A stretch of DNA of 64,000 nucleotides, taken from contig OZ254086.1 in NCBI GenBank assembly GCA_965267575.1, forward strand, positions 1 through 64,000. The letters run 5' to 3'. Below the pieces are notes generated by a model. It was not told where the DNA came from and ran no database searches. It worked only from the letters and a program-made list of their open reading frames with translations. Below are positions 51,016-61,072 of the stretch, one piece after another (position 1 is the first letter of the stretch; each line of letters starts with the position of its first letter). Position numbers and translations under genes: made by a program. This DNA is from Calditrichales bacterium. Its GTDB lineage: Bacteria > Calditrichota > Calditrichia > Calditrichales > J004.

Positions 51016-51184
51016 GACCTAGACCTACCAGAAACAACAAAAAAGAACACAAACAGAAAGCAAAATAAACTTAATATTTACAGTATTTTATGGCTTAATC
51101 AATGGATTTGAATTATTTGTTCTTTTTCCTTATTTTTCGATCGAATGTACGAACAGTGTACGAAATATTTTAAAAGGAAACAAT

Positions 51185-52300
51185 ATGGCAGCTCCACGGA
51201 CTATTGAAGAATTGAAAAACGATCTGAAGGCGATTAACAGAGGAAAGTCTATAAAAATTCGCATTGATTGTAAAGCTGACGGCAAAAATTATTTTTTCCT
51301 GGAGTACAATAAGAATGGTAAAAGGAGTCGTGAATATCTCCGCCTTCAATTTTTTGGCGTACCAAGATATAGGCGTAACGATCAGGAGAATTACAAAAAA
51401 GTAAGAGCAATTCAAGAACGAAAGGAAACCGAACTTCATCAAAATAAATATAATTATAAACTACATAATCAAAAACTGGAGCTCTCATATCTTGATTTTT
51501 TTGAAGAGCTTACGCTTAACCGTAAGAGACCGGATAAATCCTGGCGTAATACCTTATCTCACCTTAAAAAATTTCTAAAAGGAAAAGACATCTCTTTTTC
51601 GCATGTAGATGCCAGATTTTGTGAAAGGTTTAAAGACTACCTCTTGGATAACGTCAACAACAATACAGCGCACACATATTTCGGAAAGATCAAAGCATCT
51701 CTGAACAAAGCAATTGAGAGAGATATAATTTCCGCTAATCCAGCGCAGCGCTTTCATATTAGTAAAAGTGAAGTGAAACGCGAATTTTTAACCGAGGAAG
51801 AATTACAAAAACTTGCTAATACCCCCTGCTTTAGCGAACAAACCAAGAGGGCTTTTTTGTTCGCTTGTTTCACCGGTCTTAGGATCTCGGATATAAGACA
51901 GTTGACCTGGGATAATATTGAAGATGGATATTTATCATTCACTCAAATGAAAACAAAGGGCGTTGAACGCCTAAAGCTGCATACGACTGCTCTAGAAATT
52001 CTGGAATTACAAAAAGCAGACACCTCAACAATCGGCAAACTTTTCAACCTTGTACAGGAGCGATATTCAAATAAACACTTAAAGAGCTGGGCTTTAGAAG
52101 CCGGAATAAAAAAGAAAGTCACCTGGCACGTCGCCCGCCATACGTTTGCTACATTAAATATCGGAGCTGGGACTGATCTTTATACCGTCGCCAAACTATT
52201 GGGACATAAAGATATAAAAGTGACGCAGATTTACGCCAAAATCGTCGATGAACAACGCGACAAAGCAATCGACCACTTGCCCTCCATAGATATTAGTTAA
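51185..52300 (+). CDS. Tyrosine recombinase/integrase
   Basis: TGLRISD, HVARHT, LLGH, TQIYA catalytic set; N-terminal arm-binding and SAM-like regions. Confidence 0.95.
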   Translation: MAAPRTIEELKNDLKAINRGKSIKIRIDCKADGKNYFFLEYNKNGKRSREYLRLQFFGVPRYRRNDQENYKKVRAIQERKETELHQNKYNYKLHNQKLELSYLDFFEELTLNRKRPDKSWRNTLSHLKKFLKGKDISFSHVDARFCERFKDYLLDNVNNNTAHTYFGKIKASLNKAIERDIISANPAQRFHISKSEVKREFLTEEELQKLANTPCFSEQTKRAFLFACFTGLRISDIRQLTWDNIEDGYLSFTQMKTKGVERLKLHTTALEILELQKADTSTIGKLFNLVQERYSNKHLKSWALEAGIKKKVTWHVARHTFATLNIGAGTDLYTVAKLLGHKDIKVTQIYAKIVDEQRDKAIDHLPSIDIS

Positions 52301-52408
52301 GGTTATTCCTCCAAGAAGGTTCGTCACTTATTTAAGTTGTATCTTTAACTTGTTCCGTTATTTAATCTTCGTATATTATTCCCCATTCCACCTAAAAGGA
52401 GAATAACG

Positions 52409-53132
52409 ATGACTTTTATATCAACCGGCATTAAGCCACTCGACGAACAACTTGCGGGCGGTTTTGAAAAGTGTGGGTTAGTAGTAATAGGCGCGAGACC
52501 GATGTGGGATAAATGGAAATTTATAATAAATATTATGACGAATATTACTTGCGAACTTCAACAATCTTGTATGTACTTTGTTTTAGAATCAGAGCCAGGA
52601 AGCACAGCGGACAGGTTTTCAAAAACGGTAAAAAAGCTATATGACGATGCTGAAGCAAACGATCATAATAAGAGGTTTGGATAAAATCAATGATATAAGA
52701 AATATGATTCGATTGACGGCTCAGTCTCTAAAGCTTAGGGTGGTTATAGTAGAATCCATAAGCAAGATGTATACACATCATATCGACGATGACGAACAAC
52801 ATGAATTGTTTAGAAGCCTGCACGCACTGGCTAAGGACCTCAGTCTGGTTATCATCTTGTTAGACAATTTAAAAAAGATCGACTTGCTTATTGAACCATC
52901 CGATTTTAAACATGAATTAGCGGAATTCTATGCCAGTCAAATGCTCATAATAAAGCGAGCATCGTTTTACGATGATAATTACGCATATGAATTTAATGGT
53001 GAAGATAAATGTGAAGTAGTATTAGTCAAAAACAGACCGGGTGATATAGGAACGGTATGGCTGAAATATAAAAACGGTATTTTTTCTGATGATGATATTA
53101 TATCGAATAACTTCTCGGTAACAGAGTTTTAA
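52409..53132 (+). pseudogene. Frameshifted, degenerate DnaB-like helicase C-terminal domain
   Basis: ISTGIKPLDEQLAGGF...VIGARPMWDK (decayed Walker A) in 52409-52684, continuing in the +1 frame to EVVLVKNRPGDIGTVWL. Confidence 0.65.
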
Positions 53133-53458
53133 CATACAAGACGGAAATAAGAGCCACAACCCGCTCGTGTCATCACGCATAACAAATGAGCGCTCTTTCT
53201 GGTCTTTAGTTTCTTCAAAATTTGCTGCCATTTTTGGACCAATGTGATCAACAGATTTTAATTTATCTGCAATGTTAGTAGGTCTTCCTGTAAAAGTTTG
53301 TTAAATTACTATTTTGCCTAAGTTCATTCCGGAGCCAAACAAGGCGATTATTATAATCTTTTGGCACAGTTTATTAAGACGCCGGTTTTTAAAAATCTTC
53401 AATACTCTAGGTGAGTAAATGATTCCATAATTATGTTTCATTGGCAACAGTACGAACC

Positions 53459-56311
53459 CTACTCTCCAACCTTCCCCAGCAACACTCGCACCTTCTCCTG
53501 CAATTCCGCCAGCGCATGATGCTCACATAAAGCCAGGCTTTTCTGTGCATAAAAACGGGCAGAGTCCGGTTGGCTTTGCGCATGGTATACGCCGGCAAGA
53601 TGAAAGTAGGAATACGCCAGCACTACCGCGCTGTCGTCCAGCAGGGCGCGGTTGTGGGCGATGCTCTTTTCCAGCCAGCGCTGCGCTTCCACCCAGTCTT
53701 GCAGTGACTTGTGGGCCGAGCCAAGATTGTTGAACACCATACCCTGCTGCCCAAGGTTGTTGGATTTTTCCGCCAAGGGCAATGCCTGCTTAAGATAGAT
53801 GAGCGCGGAATCCGGCTTCTGTTGCTTGATATAGCCGGCACCGATCTGGTTGAGCAGCGCCAGCCGCAAGCTGTCTGCTTTGCCGGTCGTGGCGTCATTT
53901 AAATGCAGCAGGTAGAATTGGGTTTGGTAGTGCAAGCGTTCTGTTTCGCTCAAAGACTGCCACCAAGCCTGCTGCATATTCTCGCGCACATTTTGGGTAT
54001 TCGGGTGGTCTGGCCCTAAAAATTTTGTAAGGATTGTGAGCGCTTCGTTGTATTTTTCCAGCGCCCCGGCATAATCACCTTTGGCTCGCAGCACCTCCCC
54101 GATGTTGTTCAAACGTATCGCCACCTGGGGATGATTTCTGCCGAAATAGAGCTCGTCGATTGTGAGAGCTTCACCGTATTTTTCCAGCGCCCCGGCATAA
54201 TTGCCTTGTGACTCCAGCACGCCGCCGATGTTGTTCAAGTCCGTAGCGACATTCGGATGCGTTCTGCCGAAATAGAGCTCGTCGATTGTGAGAGCTTCAC
54301 CGTATTTTTCCAGCGCCCCGGCATAATTGCCTTGTGACTCCAGCACGCCGCCGATGTTGTTCAAGTCCGTAGCGACATTCGGATGCGTTCTGCCGAAATA
54401 GAGCTCGTCGATTGTGAGAGCTTCACTGGATTTTTCCAGCGCACCCATATAATCGCCTTGTGAAATAAGCACTCCAGCGATGTTGTTCAAGATTTTTGCA
54501 ATATTGGGATGAGTATCTCCAAAAGCATTTCTCAAGATCGTGAGTGCTTCGTTGTATTTTTCCAGCGCCCCGCCATAATCACCTTTGGCCTCAAGCACGC
54601 CGCCGATGTTGTTTAAGTCTGTAGCCACCCCGGGATGATTATGGCCGAAATAGTTCTTATGGATTGCGAGTGCTTCAGTGAGTTTTTCCAACGCCCCAGA
54701 ATAATCGCCTTTAAAGTGAAGCACAACGGCGATGTTGTTCAAGACTGTCGCGACATTAGGATGTGTTCTGCCAAAAGCATTCTCGCAGATTGTAAGCGCC
54801 TCATTGTATTTTTCCAGCGCCCCGCCATAATCACCTTTGGCTTGCAGCACCTCCCCGATGTTGTTCAAGACTGTCCCGGCATTGGGATGCATTCTGCCAA
54901 AAGCTTGCTCGTAGATTGTCAGCGCTTTGTAGTATTTCTCCAGTGCCCCCGCATAATCGCCTTGTGAATGAAGCACGGCGGCGATGTTGTTCAAGTCCGT
55001 AGCGACATTCGGATGCGTTCTGCCGAAATAGAGCTCGTCGGTTGTGAGAGCTTCACTGTATTTTTCCAGCGCACCCATATAATCGCCTTGTGAAATAAGC
55101 ACTTCAGCGATGTTGTTCAAGATTTTTGAAATATTGGGATGAGTTTCTCCAAAAGCATTACTCAAGATTGTGAGTGCTTCGTTGTATTTTTCCAGCGCCC
55201 CGGAATAATCACCTTTTGCTTTCAGCACCTCCCCAATGTTGTTTAAGTCTGTAGCCGCCCTGGGATGACTACGGCCGAAATAGTTCTTATCGATTGTAAG
55301 TGCTTCAGTGAGTTTTTCCAACGCCCCGGAATAATCGCCTTTAAAGTGAAGCACACCGCCGATGTTGTTCAGACGCATCGCTACGTTGGGATGATTCCTG
55401 CCGTGCTGCGTGGTATCGATTGCCAACGCTAGTTGGTATGTGGCCAACGCCTCATCGTACCTCGCGAGCTCACCCAATGCTCGCCCCAGCATGTTCATGT
55501 GCTCGGTGTTCCCAGGGGCGGCGCTGTCGGCTTTGTTAAAATAATAGGCCGCGCTGTGGTAGCGGGCCTCTGAGAAATAGGTCTGACCCAAATTGAACCA
55601 AATCTCCGGAAGGCGCTTTTCTGCTGCCCGGCCTTCGTGAACCGTGCGCCTGTCTTTGCGCTCCGCTTCTAAGAAGCTCTTCCTGGCTTCAGTCAATTTC
55701 GTATCGCGCACCTCGTAGGTCGCCGCGGCATTGGCATCATCCAAAGCAGCCAGGCCGCGCAGGTTCAGGTCATCGCTGCTGCGCAGACTCTCCTTGTACT
55801 GGTCCACGGCGGTGGTCAATTCGGCCTCGCTCAGCCCCAATCGCGCCGCCGCCTTTTCCATTTCCAGTTGACGGGCAAATTCCTTCTCTTTACTTTCAAT
55901 CGAAGCATTCAATCGCTGGCGGAAGACGTATTCCAGCATACGCGCGCTGCGCAACAGGGCGAGCGAGCCTTTTTGCGCCAGCAGAATGGTGTGTGGCTTC
56001 TGGTAGTCGGCGTTGCGCGGCAAGCGCAGGAAGCCATCCGGTGGCTCGAGCAGCACCATTCCTTCCTTTTGCACCTCCACAAACAGGTCGCTGCCCGCCT
56101 TCAGGAAATACTCTTCCGCCATCTCCTTCGCCATGCGGAATTCGAAATAGCCGTCTGTGTTGCTGAGCTTGCTGTCAAGCCCCGGTATGCGCACGCTGGC
56201 ACCTGCCACGGCGTTGGAGTCGGCATCGAGCACAAAGCCGTGAATGCGCACCTGCGCAGCCAGCGGCATAGCGGCGCACAGGCAAGCGATAAGAAAGAAT
56301 TTGGTTTTCAT
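53459..56311 (-). CDS. Secreted TPR protein with eleven 42-aa kinesin-light-chain-type repeats
   Basis: Signal peptide MKTKFFLIACLCAAMPLAAQ; carboxypeptidase-regulatory-like N-domain; G..HP.....LNNI..VL...GDY.GALEK repeats. Confidence 0.88.
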   Translation of the reverse strand: MKTKFFLIACLCAAMPLAAQVRIHGFVLDADSNAVAGASVRIPGLDSKLSNTDGYFEFRMAKEMAEEYFLKAGSDLFVEVQKEGMVLLEPPDGFLRLPRNADYQKPHTILLAQKGSLALLRSARMLEYVFRQRLNASIESKEKEFARQLEMEKAAARLGLSEAELTTAVDQYKESLRSSDDLNLRGLAALDDANAAATYEVRDTKLTEARKSFLEAERKDRRTVHEGRAAEKRLPEIWFNLGQTYFSEARYHSAAYYFNKADSAAPGNTEHMNMLGRALGELARYDEALATYQLALAIDTTQHGRNHPNVAMRLNNIGGVLHFKGDYSGALEKLTEALTIDKNYFGRSHPRAATDLNNIGEVLKAKGDYSGALEKYNEALTILSNAFGETHPNISKILNNIAEVLISQGDYMGALEKYSEALTTDELYFGRTHPNVATDLNNIAAVLHSQGDYAGALEKYYKALTIYEQAFGRMHPNAGTVLNNIGEVLQAKGDYGGALEKYNEALTICENAFGRTHPNVATVLNNIAVVLHFKGDYSGALEKLTEALAIHKNYFGHNHPGVATDLNNIGGVLEAKGDYGGALEKYNEALTILRNAFGDTHPNIAKILNNIAGVLISQGDYMGALEKSSEALTIDELYFGRTHPNVATDLNNIGGVLESQGNYAGALEKYGEALTIDELYFGRTHPNVATDLNNIGGVLESQGNYAGALEKYGEALTIDELYFGRNHPQVAIRLNNIGEVLRAKGDYAGALEKYNEALTILTKFLGPDHPNTQNVRENMQQAWWQSLSETERLHYQTQFYLLHLNDATTGKADSLRLALLNQIGAGYIKQQKPDSALIYLKQALPLAEKSNNLGQQGMVFNNLGSAHKSLQDWVEAQRWLEKSIAHNRALLDDSAVVLAYSYFHLAGVYHAQSQPDSARFYAQKSLALCEHHALAELQEKVRVLLGKVGE
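54136..54426. repeat. Exact 126-bp tandem duplication inside the TPR gene (about 2.3 copies)
   Basis: Identical sequence restarts at 54136, 54262 and 54388. Confidence 0.9.
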
Positions 56312-56385
56312 TGTGATCCCGCCTTTGCTGCCTTTAGTTTGTGCTTTAACATGCCGTTTTGCAAATCGTAAGGTTCAACTACGAC

Positions 56386-57315
56386 CTACTCGAAAGGAAT
56401 CTTATCTCCGGCAGTAAGTACTTTGTATGCACTAAAACCGGCGTGGCCGTCTTTTAACACGCGCACGTAAACCGAGCTTTCATGTTTGGCTTTCACGATG
56501 AAATTGAAATCACCACTCTCCAGGGTGCGGCCAACGCCAAGCGTATCACCACCAACTTTTTCCAGCACGAAAATATCTGCTTCGGCGACACCATCTCCCT
56601 CTGCATACACGACCCTGCCGTAGTAGCGGGCGCTATCCGGAAGCCAGTTTTTGCTGAGTTTTTCCGGCAAATCCAGGATGAAAGTCGCAATCGCCAGGAT
56701 AGCTGTTACAATTGTCAACCACAGCGCCAGCTTTTTTGCCTTGCTTTTTTCCGCGGCAACCGGTGGCTGATTGATAGTGACATTCCCTCCCGCCTGAATG
56801 ACATTGCCGTGTACGTTTTCTATCTTTTGCTGCAGTGCTTTGACATGTTCAATCGCTTTTTCAGGGGACGATGGTTCTTTTAATTTGCCAAGCCTATCCA
56901 TTACGATTGCAGCGTTGTCCGGGTTCAGTGGGGTAGAATCCCTTCCTGTAGCCAATGCAGAGAGTATTTTCGGGATGTCTTCTTCCGTTGTCGTTCCGGG
57001 GATGGCGTTAATGGCATGAAGCGGAGGCGGCAGGGGCGTATCATCCAACACGTACGGGATGACAGGCTTTTTTAAAGCAAGGGCCGTGTTCCATTCAAAT
57101 TCTACATAGTATGACCTGCTGGCATTTTTTGACCAAAAAAGGACGATCCCATCGCTGGCGAGAATGGCTTCACCGATCGCTTTTGCCCAGCTTTGACTGC
57201 CATAAAGACTTTGCTGGTGGCTCCACACGTTGCAGCCACGCGTTTTTAAAGCCGTCTCGATTTCTGCGACTGTCTTCGAATCGTCATGAGCGTAACTTAG
57301 AAAAACATCCGGCAT
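56386..57315 (-). CDS. TIR domain-transmembrane helix-beta-sandwich protein
   Basis: MPDVFLSYAHDD...AIGEAILASDGIVLFWSKNASRSYYVEFEW...VIPYVLD (TIR_2); TM LALWLTIVTAILAIATFIL; start ATG 57315. Confidence 0.85.
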   Translation of the reverse strand: MPDVFLSYAHDDSKTVAEIETALKTRGCNVWSHQQSLYGSQSWAKAIGEAILASDGIVLFWSKNASRSYYVEFEWNTALALKKPVIPYVLDDTPLPPPLHAINAIPGTTTEEDIPKILSALATGRDSTPLNPDNAAIVMDRLGKLKEPSSPEKAIEHVKALQQKIENVHGNVIQAGGNVTINQPPVAAEKSKAKKLALWLTIVTAILAIATFILDLPEKLSKNWLPDSARYYGRVVYAEGDGVAEADIFVLEKVGGDTLGVGRTLESGDFNFIVKAKHESSVYVRVLKDGHAGFSAYKVLTAGDKIPFE

Positions 57316-57776
57316 TGGATCCTCCAGAGCACCGACCTTCAACCGTAGGGTTCGTACTCCACAGATTTTGCTATTCTCCCTCTTATTCAATTTTACAATT
57401 AAGGAGACGTAATTGTAATGATGTAATCAAAATAACACATATTATCCGAATTATCCCGAATCAAATGCACGCAGTCATAGAGCCGCTTCACCGCGTTTTT
57501 AAACTGGTTTTCTGGTAAAATGCAAAGCAGATCCGCGAATCGCAATCAAATGGCTGAGGTACAAGTCATATTCTGCTTCCATTTTGGGACTAAAAAGTGA
57601 AGCTTTTGACTCGCCTATCGCTGCAATAAATTGTAGTTCACATTGAATTTTTTAAGTAATCTCATCTCTGGTTATTTGTATATTAAAACTCCTATTTTTT
57701 AAATCTAGAGTTTTATTTCAATTTTTAAAAAATTATTGTATAATTATAGTAATAGTACATATTCTCTAACTCTAGC

Positions 57777-59597
57777 ATGACTCAGCCTTTCTACTACAAA
57801 AGCGACGTTCAGATAAATAGGTACGAGAGATTAATTGGAAAATCTGCTCGTGACATTACCAGCTTTCTAAAAACAGAATTCAAAAAAAACAATCAACCGA
57901 TAATATCAAATATACTCTGGTATAAAAATAGTTCTAGCTCACTTCACACTATTGGCATACCAAGACCGCCAACAATCCCGCCATTCAGAGTTAATCATGA
58001 ACAATATCAACAGCATCTAACTAAGATTTGTTGGTTTTTAGGCAAATACTTCACAAGTCAATTTGGTCAAAATCAAATAAAAGAAATCTTTACATATTTT
58101 AAAAATCTGACAAAAAGCGGCACTTCTATATTCAGCATTACTGTTCCTGATTTTACAAATTCTATTATTTCAGAATGGGAGACTTGGCTCTCAATTTCAG
58201 GCGAAAAATTTAATTTGAACTATAAAGAGTTTTTACAGCTAACTAAACGAGAGCCTATAGTTGAGCAAGCTTATCAGCTGGCTAATCTATTGTTAGTATT
58301 AATACCTGAAGTACTAGGACGAACTACAAAGAGAAATATATTTCAACAGGTCTATTTGGATATTACAACTCCCAAAAATCCAAATATTATATACAAAAAC
58401 TTTCATAACAGTGTTCATAACGGATATATTGTTGAACTTAAACCAGAAAATCTGCTTTACGAAAAAAGCCCATTTAAAGATTTGGGCAACATTTTGTCTT
58501 CATTATTAACAATGCCTTTATATCCAGATGAACTCCTCACTATAGTCCAACACTTATTGGATCGCAAAAAGCCAAAACTAGACGAAAAATCAGCCGTTTT
58601 TAAAGACATCCATTTTTCAGGTATCATAAAGCCAATTATTTGGAAAGGACAGTTTCAAGGAATAATCTACGCTTTGACGAGAGGAAGTAATTCTAGTTTT
58701 CAAAGTTTTGAGCCAAAAGATCTTACCCTTTTTAATCTTATCATTAACGATTTTGATTTCTCCTCAACTATAGTTGATGCAAACAAAAAAATATTTGCGT
58801 TTAGTTCACTAACATCCAAGGAACAGGATATTCATCCATATTTGCTGCTTTTAAAAAATATTGAGCTTCTAACCAACGCTAGATCATATATTGCTCTTTT
58901 TAATATAAATGACAGTAAAAAGTGTTTTTTCAGAAGTCTTCCAAGTGAAGCCAAAGCCGAAACAGCCATAGATTATCAAAGTTTTGCAAAGCTCATTGAG
59001 CAATCGTTTTTAAAAAGACCAATTTCCGATTTCGCTCTTAAGCCAAACTATGACGATAGGAAGAATTTATTTGTCGAGATAAAAAAACGAGTGCCTGAAA
59101 ATCTTTGGAAAAAAATCAAAGCTAATAATAATATAGTTTTATTAAAGCTATTTTCTCTTAAAGAGAAAAAACTAAGCTATCTAATATTGTTTTACAAAGA
59201 GCTCCCTGAGAAAGTTATTGCCGGTCACATTCCCAATGAATTTTTATATGCCAAATGCGCGGAGCAGATTTCTAATGATGTAGAATTTGGGATAAATTTG
59301 ATATCCGGAATAGGCTACAATTCGGTTAAATATTTTAAGGCGGAACTTTTTTTAGACAGCCTGGAAAAAGCGTGCGAAAAATTAAAAAAAATGGGCAAAA
59401 AAATTAACACGAGTCAGCTTGAAACGGTGTACGAATCTCCTTTATCAACTCGTAAAACAGTGAAACGTCAAGCAATTGAAAAATTATTAAAAAAAGAGTA
59501 CAAAAACGAGATAATTTACCTTGTAAAGAAGAATCCGAACTCCTGGCCTCTAACAAGGTCTTTGACAGCTTATAAGAATATAAAAAGGACAATATAA
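57777..59597 (+). CDS. Uncharacterised cytoplasmic protein with a GAF-like segment and possible C-terminal HTH
   Basis: 606-aa ORF in AT-rich DNA; SGIIKPIIWKGQFQGIIYAL...FEPKDLTLFNLI resembles a GAF C-terminal half; basic helical tail. Confidence 0.6.
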   Translation: MTQPFYYKSDVQINRYERLIGKSARDITSFLKTEFKKNNQPIISNILWYKNSSSSLHTIGIPRPPTIPPFRVNHEQYQQHLTKICWFLGKYFTSQFGQNQIKEIFTYFKNLTKSGTSIFSITVPDFTNSIISEWETWLSISGEKFNLNYKEFLQLTKREPIVEQAYQLANLLLVLIPEVLGRTTKRNIFQQVYLDITTPKNPNIIYKNFHNSVHNGYIVELKPENLLYEKSPFKDLGNILSSLLTMPLYPDELLTIVQHLLDRKKPKLDEKSAVFKDIHFSGIIKPIIWKGQFQGIIYALTRGSNSSFQSFEPKDLTLFNLIINDFDFSSTIVDANKKIFAFSSLTSKEQDIHPYLLLLKNIELLTNARSYIALFNINDSKKCFFRSLPSEAKAETAIDYQSFAKLIEQSFLKRPISDFALKPNYDDRKNLFVEIKKRVPENLWKKIKANNNIVLLKLFSLKEKKLSYLILFYKELPEKVIAGHIPNEFLYAKCAEQISNDVEFGINLISGIGYNSVKYFKAELFLDSLEKACEKLKKMGKKINTSQLETVYESPLSTRKTVKRQAIEKLLKKEYKNEIIYLVKKNPNSWPLTRSLTAYKNIKRTI

Positions 59598-59598
59598 A

Positions 59599-60435
59599 AT
59601 GGATATTTTGGTATCAATTGTAATTTCAGTCATGGCATCTATTTATGCAATGATTTTAGCCGATAAGTATGGATTACACAAAAATAAATATATATTCATT
59701 TCAATCACCGCTGTTATCGTTTTCTTTTTTGCAAATATTATGATTGGGTTTTTGCCGGCCGGTTCTACAAAGCCACAAACAATCGTACCACAAGATTCCA
59801 TACCGCAAGGACCAAAAACTTCAGAATTTTCTTTTAGAACGGAGATGCAATCCAGTCTAAAAGAAAAATTTTCTAAGCTACAATCCAGAGTGAAAAATAT
59901 CCAAACCGATTTCATTACTATCAATTTTACTAGCTTTAAGAGCAAAAATTTTAAGGATCATGAACGAACTAAAATCAGAAAAATTAGAGAAGAGGTACCA
60001 TTGCTAGCAATCGAATACGAGACCATTAATGATGTTGAACTAACCCCTGCATACCAAATATTGAAGTATGATAATTTAGCTTATATAAAAACTATTTTTG
60101 CGGAATTGGAATCTACTATGGATAGCAAAAAAAAGTATATTAGAAAAGCAGCTCTAGATTTAAAAAATGCCTTTAGTATTTTGAAGGATGTTAAGAATTC
60201 ACACGATAGAATTGATAACGATTATATCGTCAGGCTAAAAATATGGATTACCAAAAACGACACAGAAAGCCGATTATACTATTTAGCTTCTTGGCTTAAC
60301 GCATTGAAATATAAAATTTCCGGTAATGAATTGGATTGTGAGAATTGCAAAAAGGACTGGGCAAAAATAGAAGACAAGTATAAACAAGAATTCCCTGCAT
60401 CAGAGCATCCGAGCCTATACCTTTGTATCAAATAA
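59599..60435 (+). CDS. Membrane-anchored helical protein (two N-terminal TM segments)
   Basis: Starts 1 nt after the previous stop; hydrophobic segments at about aa 3-20 and 31-52. Confidence 0.7.
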   Translation: MDILVSIVISVMASIYAMILADKYGLHKNKYIFISITAVIVFFFANIMIGFLPAGSTKPQTIVPQDSIPQGPKTSEFSFRTEMQSSLKEKFSKLQSRVKNIQTDFITINFTSFKSKNFKDHERTKIRKIREEVPLLAIEYETINDVELTPAYQILKYDNLAYIKTIFAELESTMDSKKKYIRKAALDLKNAFSILKDVKNSHDRIDNDYIVRLKIWITKNDTESRLYYLASWLNALKYKISGNELDCENCKKDWAKIEDKYKQEFPASEHPSLYLCIK

Positions 60436-60459
60436 AAGAAAGCCTTTATTGTGATTTTT

Positions 60460-60477
60460 TGCAACATTTATGTTTCA
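60460..60477. promoter_or_regulatory. Palindromic operator-like site upstream of peptide gene 1
   Basis: TGCAACA-TTTA-TGTTTCA; matches the perfect palindrome at 60965. Confidence 0.5.
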
Positions 60478-60517
60478 TATTGCTTATATTTCGTCTAACG
60501 CTTAAGGAGGCAACAAA

Positions 60518-60655
60518 ATGTCACGACGAGTAAAAAATGCAATTGCCATTATATTTATTACGATTTTCTTGGTATTTGGTGTTTTTTTTCTTTACGCACA
60601 ATCCTCCCAAATAAGCATTCCCCCACCTTCTGAAATGCCTTTTGATGGATTATAA
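60518..60655 (+). CDS. Small secreted peptide 1 (45 aa)
   Basis: Not in ORF track. AAGGAGG SD at 60504-60510; MSRRVKNAIAIIFITIFLVFGVFFLYAQSSQISIPPPSEMPFDGL. Confidence 0.8.
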   Translation: MSRRVKNAIAIIFITIFLVFGVFFLYAQSSQISIPPPSEMPFDGL

Positions 60656-60754
60656 TTGTTAATTTCAGATTATTTCTTTCAATTTAAAATTTTAGTGACG
60701 AATAAATAACTTTACGAGCAAATTGTATCAACTTGTCAAATGGGCAAGGCCATA

Positions 60755-60940
60755 ATGAGCAAAAAAAAGTTACTTACGATTTCGTTGGGAATAGTCTTGA
60801 TAATTTTATTAAAGTCTGACTTCTTAAATATCTCAAGTCAAAATTCACTTAGGTTACCAGATTGCTCATCTTTGCCTAACATAGATGAAAAAGATATTAA
60901 AATAGCTTCTCCCAGCCAATTGCCACCTTTTGACCTATAA
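60755..60940 (+). CDS. Small secreted peptide 2 (61 aa; alternative start 60740)
   Basis: MSKKKLLTISLGIVLIILLKSDFLNISSQNSLRLPDCSSLPNIDEKDIKIASPSQLPPFDL. Confidence 0.72.
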   Translation: MSKKKLLTISLGIVLIILLKSDFLNISSQNSLRLPDCSSLPNIDEKDIKIASPSQLPPFDL

Positions 60941-60964
60941 ATAGATTTGCATTTTAATTTTTTT

Positions 60965-60982
60965 TGCAACAAATTTGTTGCA
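60965..60982. promoter_or_regulatory. Perfect 18-bp palindrome upstream of peptide gene 3
   Basis: TGCAACAAATTTGTTGCA. Confidence 0.55.
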
Positions 60983-61072
60983 TCTTAAATAATCAATGAA
61001 ATCAAATTTCTTCTTTACCAACATTTGCGGCCCTTTTCAGGGAAATAAACCTTAGTTAGGTGGGAGAGTTCA

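Noticed and set aside
50991-51030. Complete tRNA gene
   Set aside because: Only the T-arm and 3' acceptor strand are present; the adjoining sequence is an ACCTAG micro-repeat, not anticodon or D arms.
52628-52644. A-AAA-AAG slippery heptamer in the DnaB-like gene as a programmed -1 frameshift
   Set aside because: The -1 frame reaches TGA within three codons; the continuation is in the +1 frame, so ordinary decay is more likely.
54000-55410. CRISPR array or non-coding tandem repeat
   Set aside because: The 126-bp period is fully explained by in-frame 42-aa TPR units.
57621-57636. CTGCAATAAATTGTAG as another copy of the peptide-gene palindrome
   Set aside because: Spacing and the right half-site differ; weak match in AT-rich DNA.
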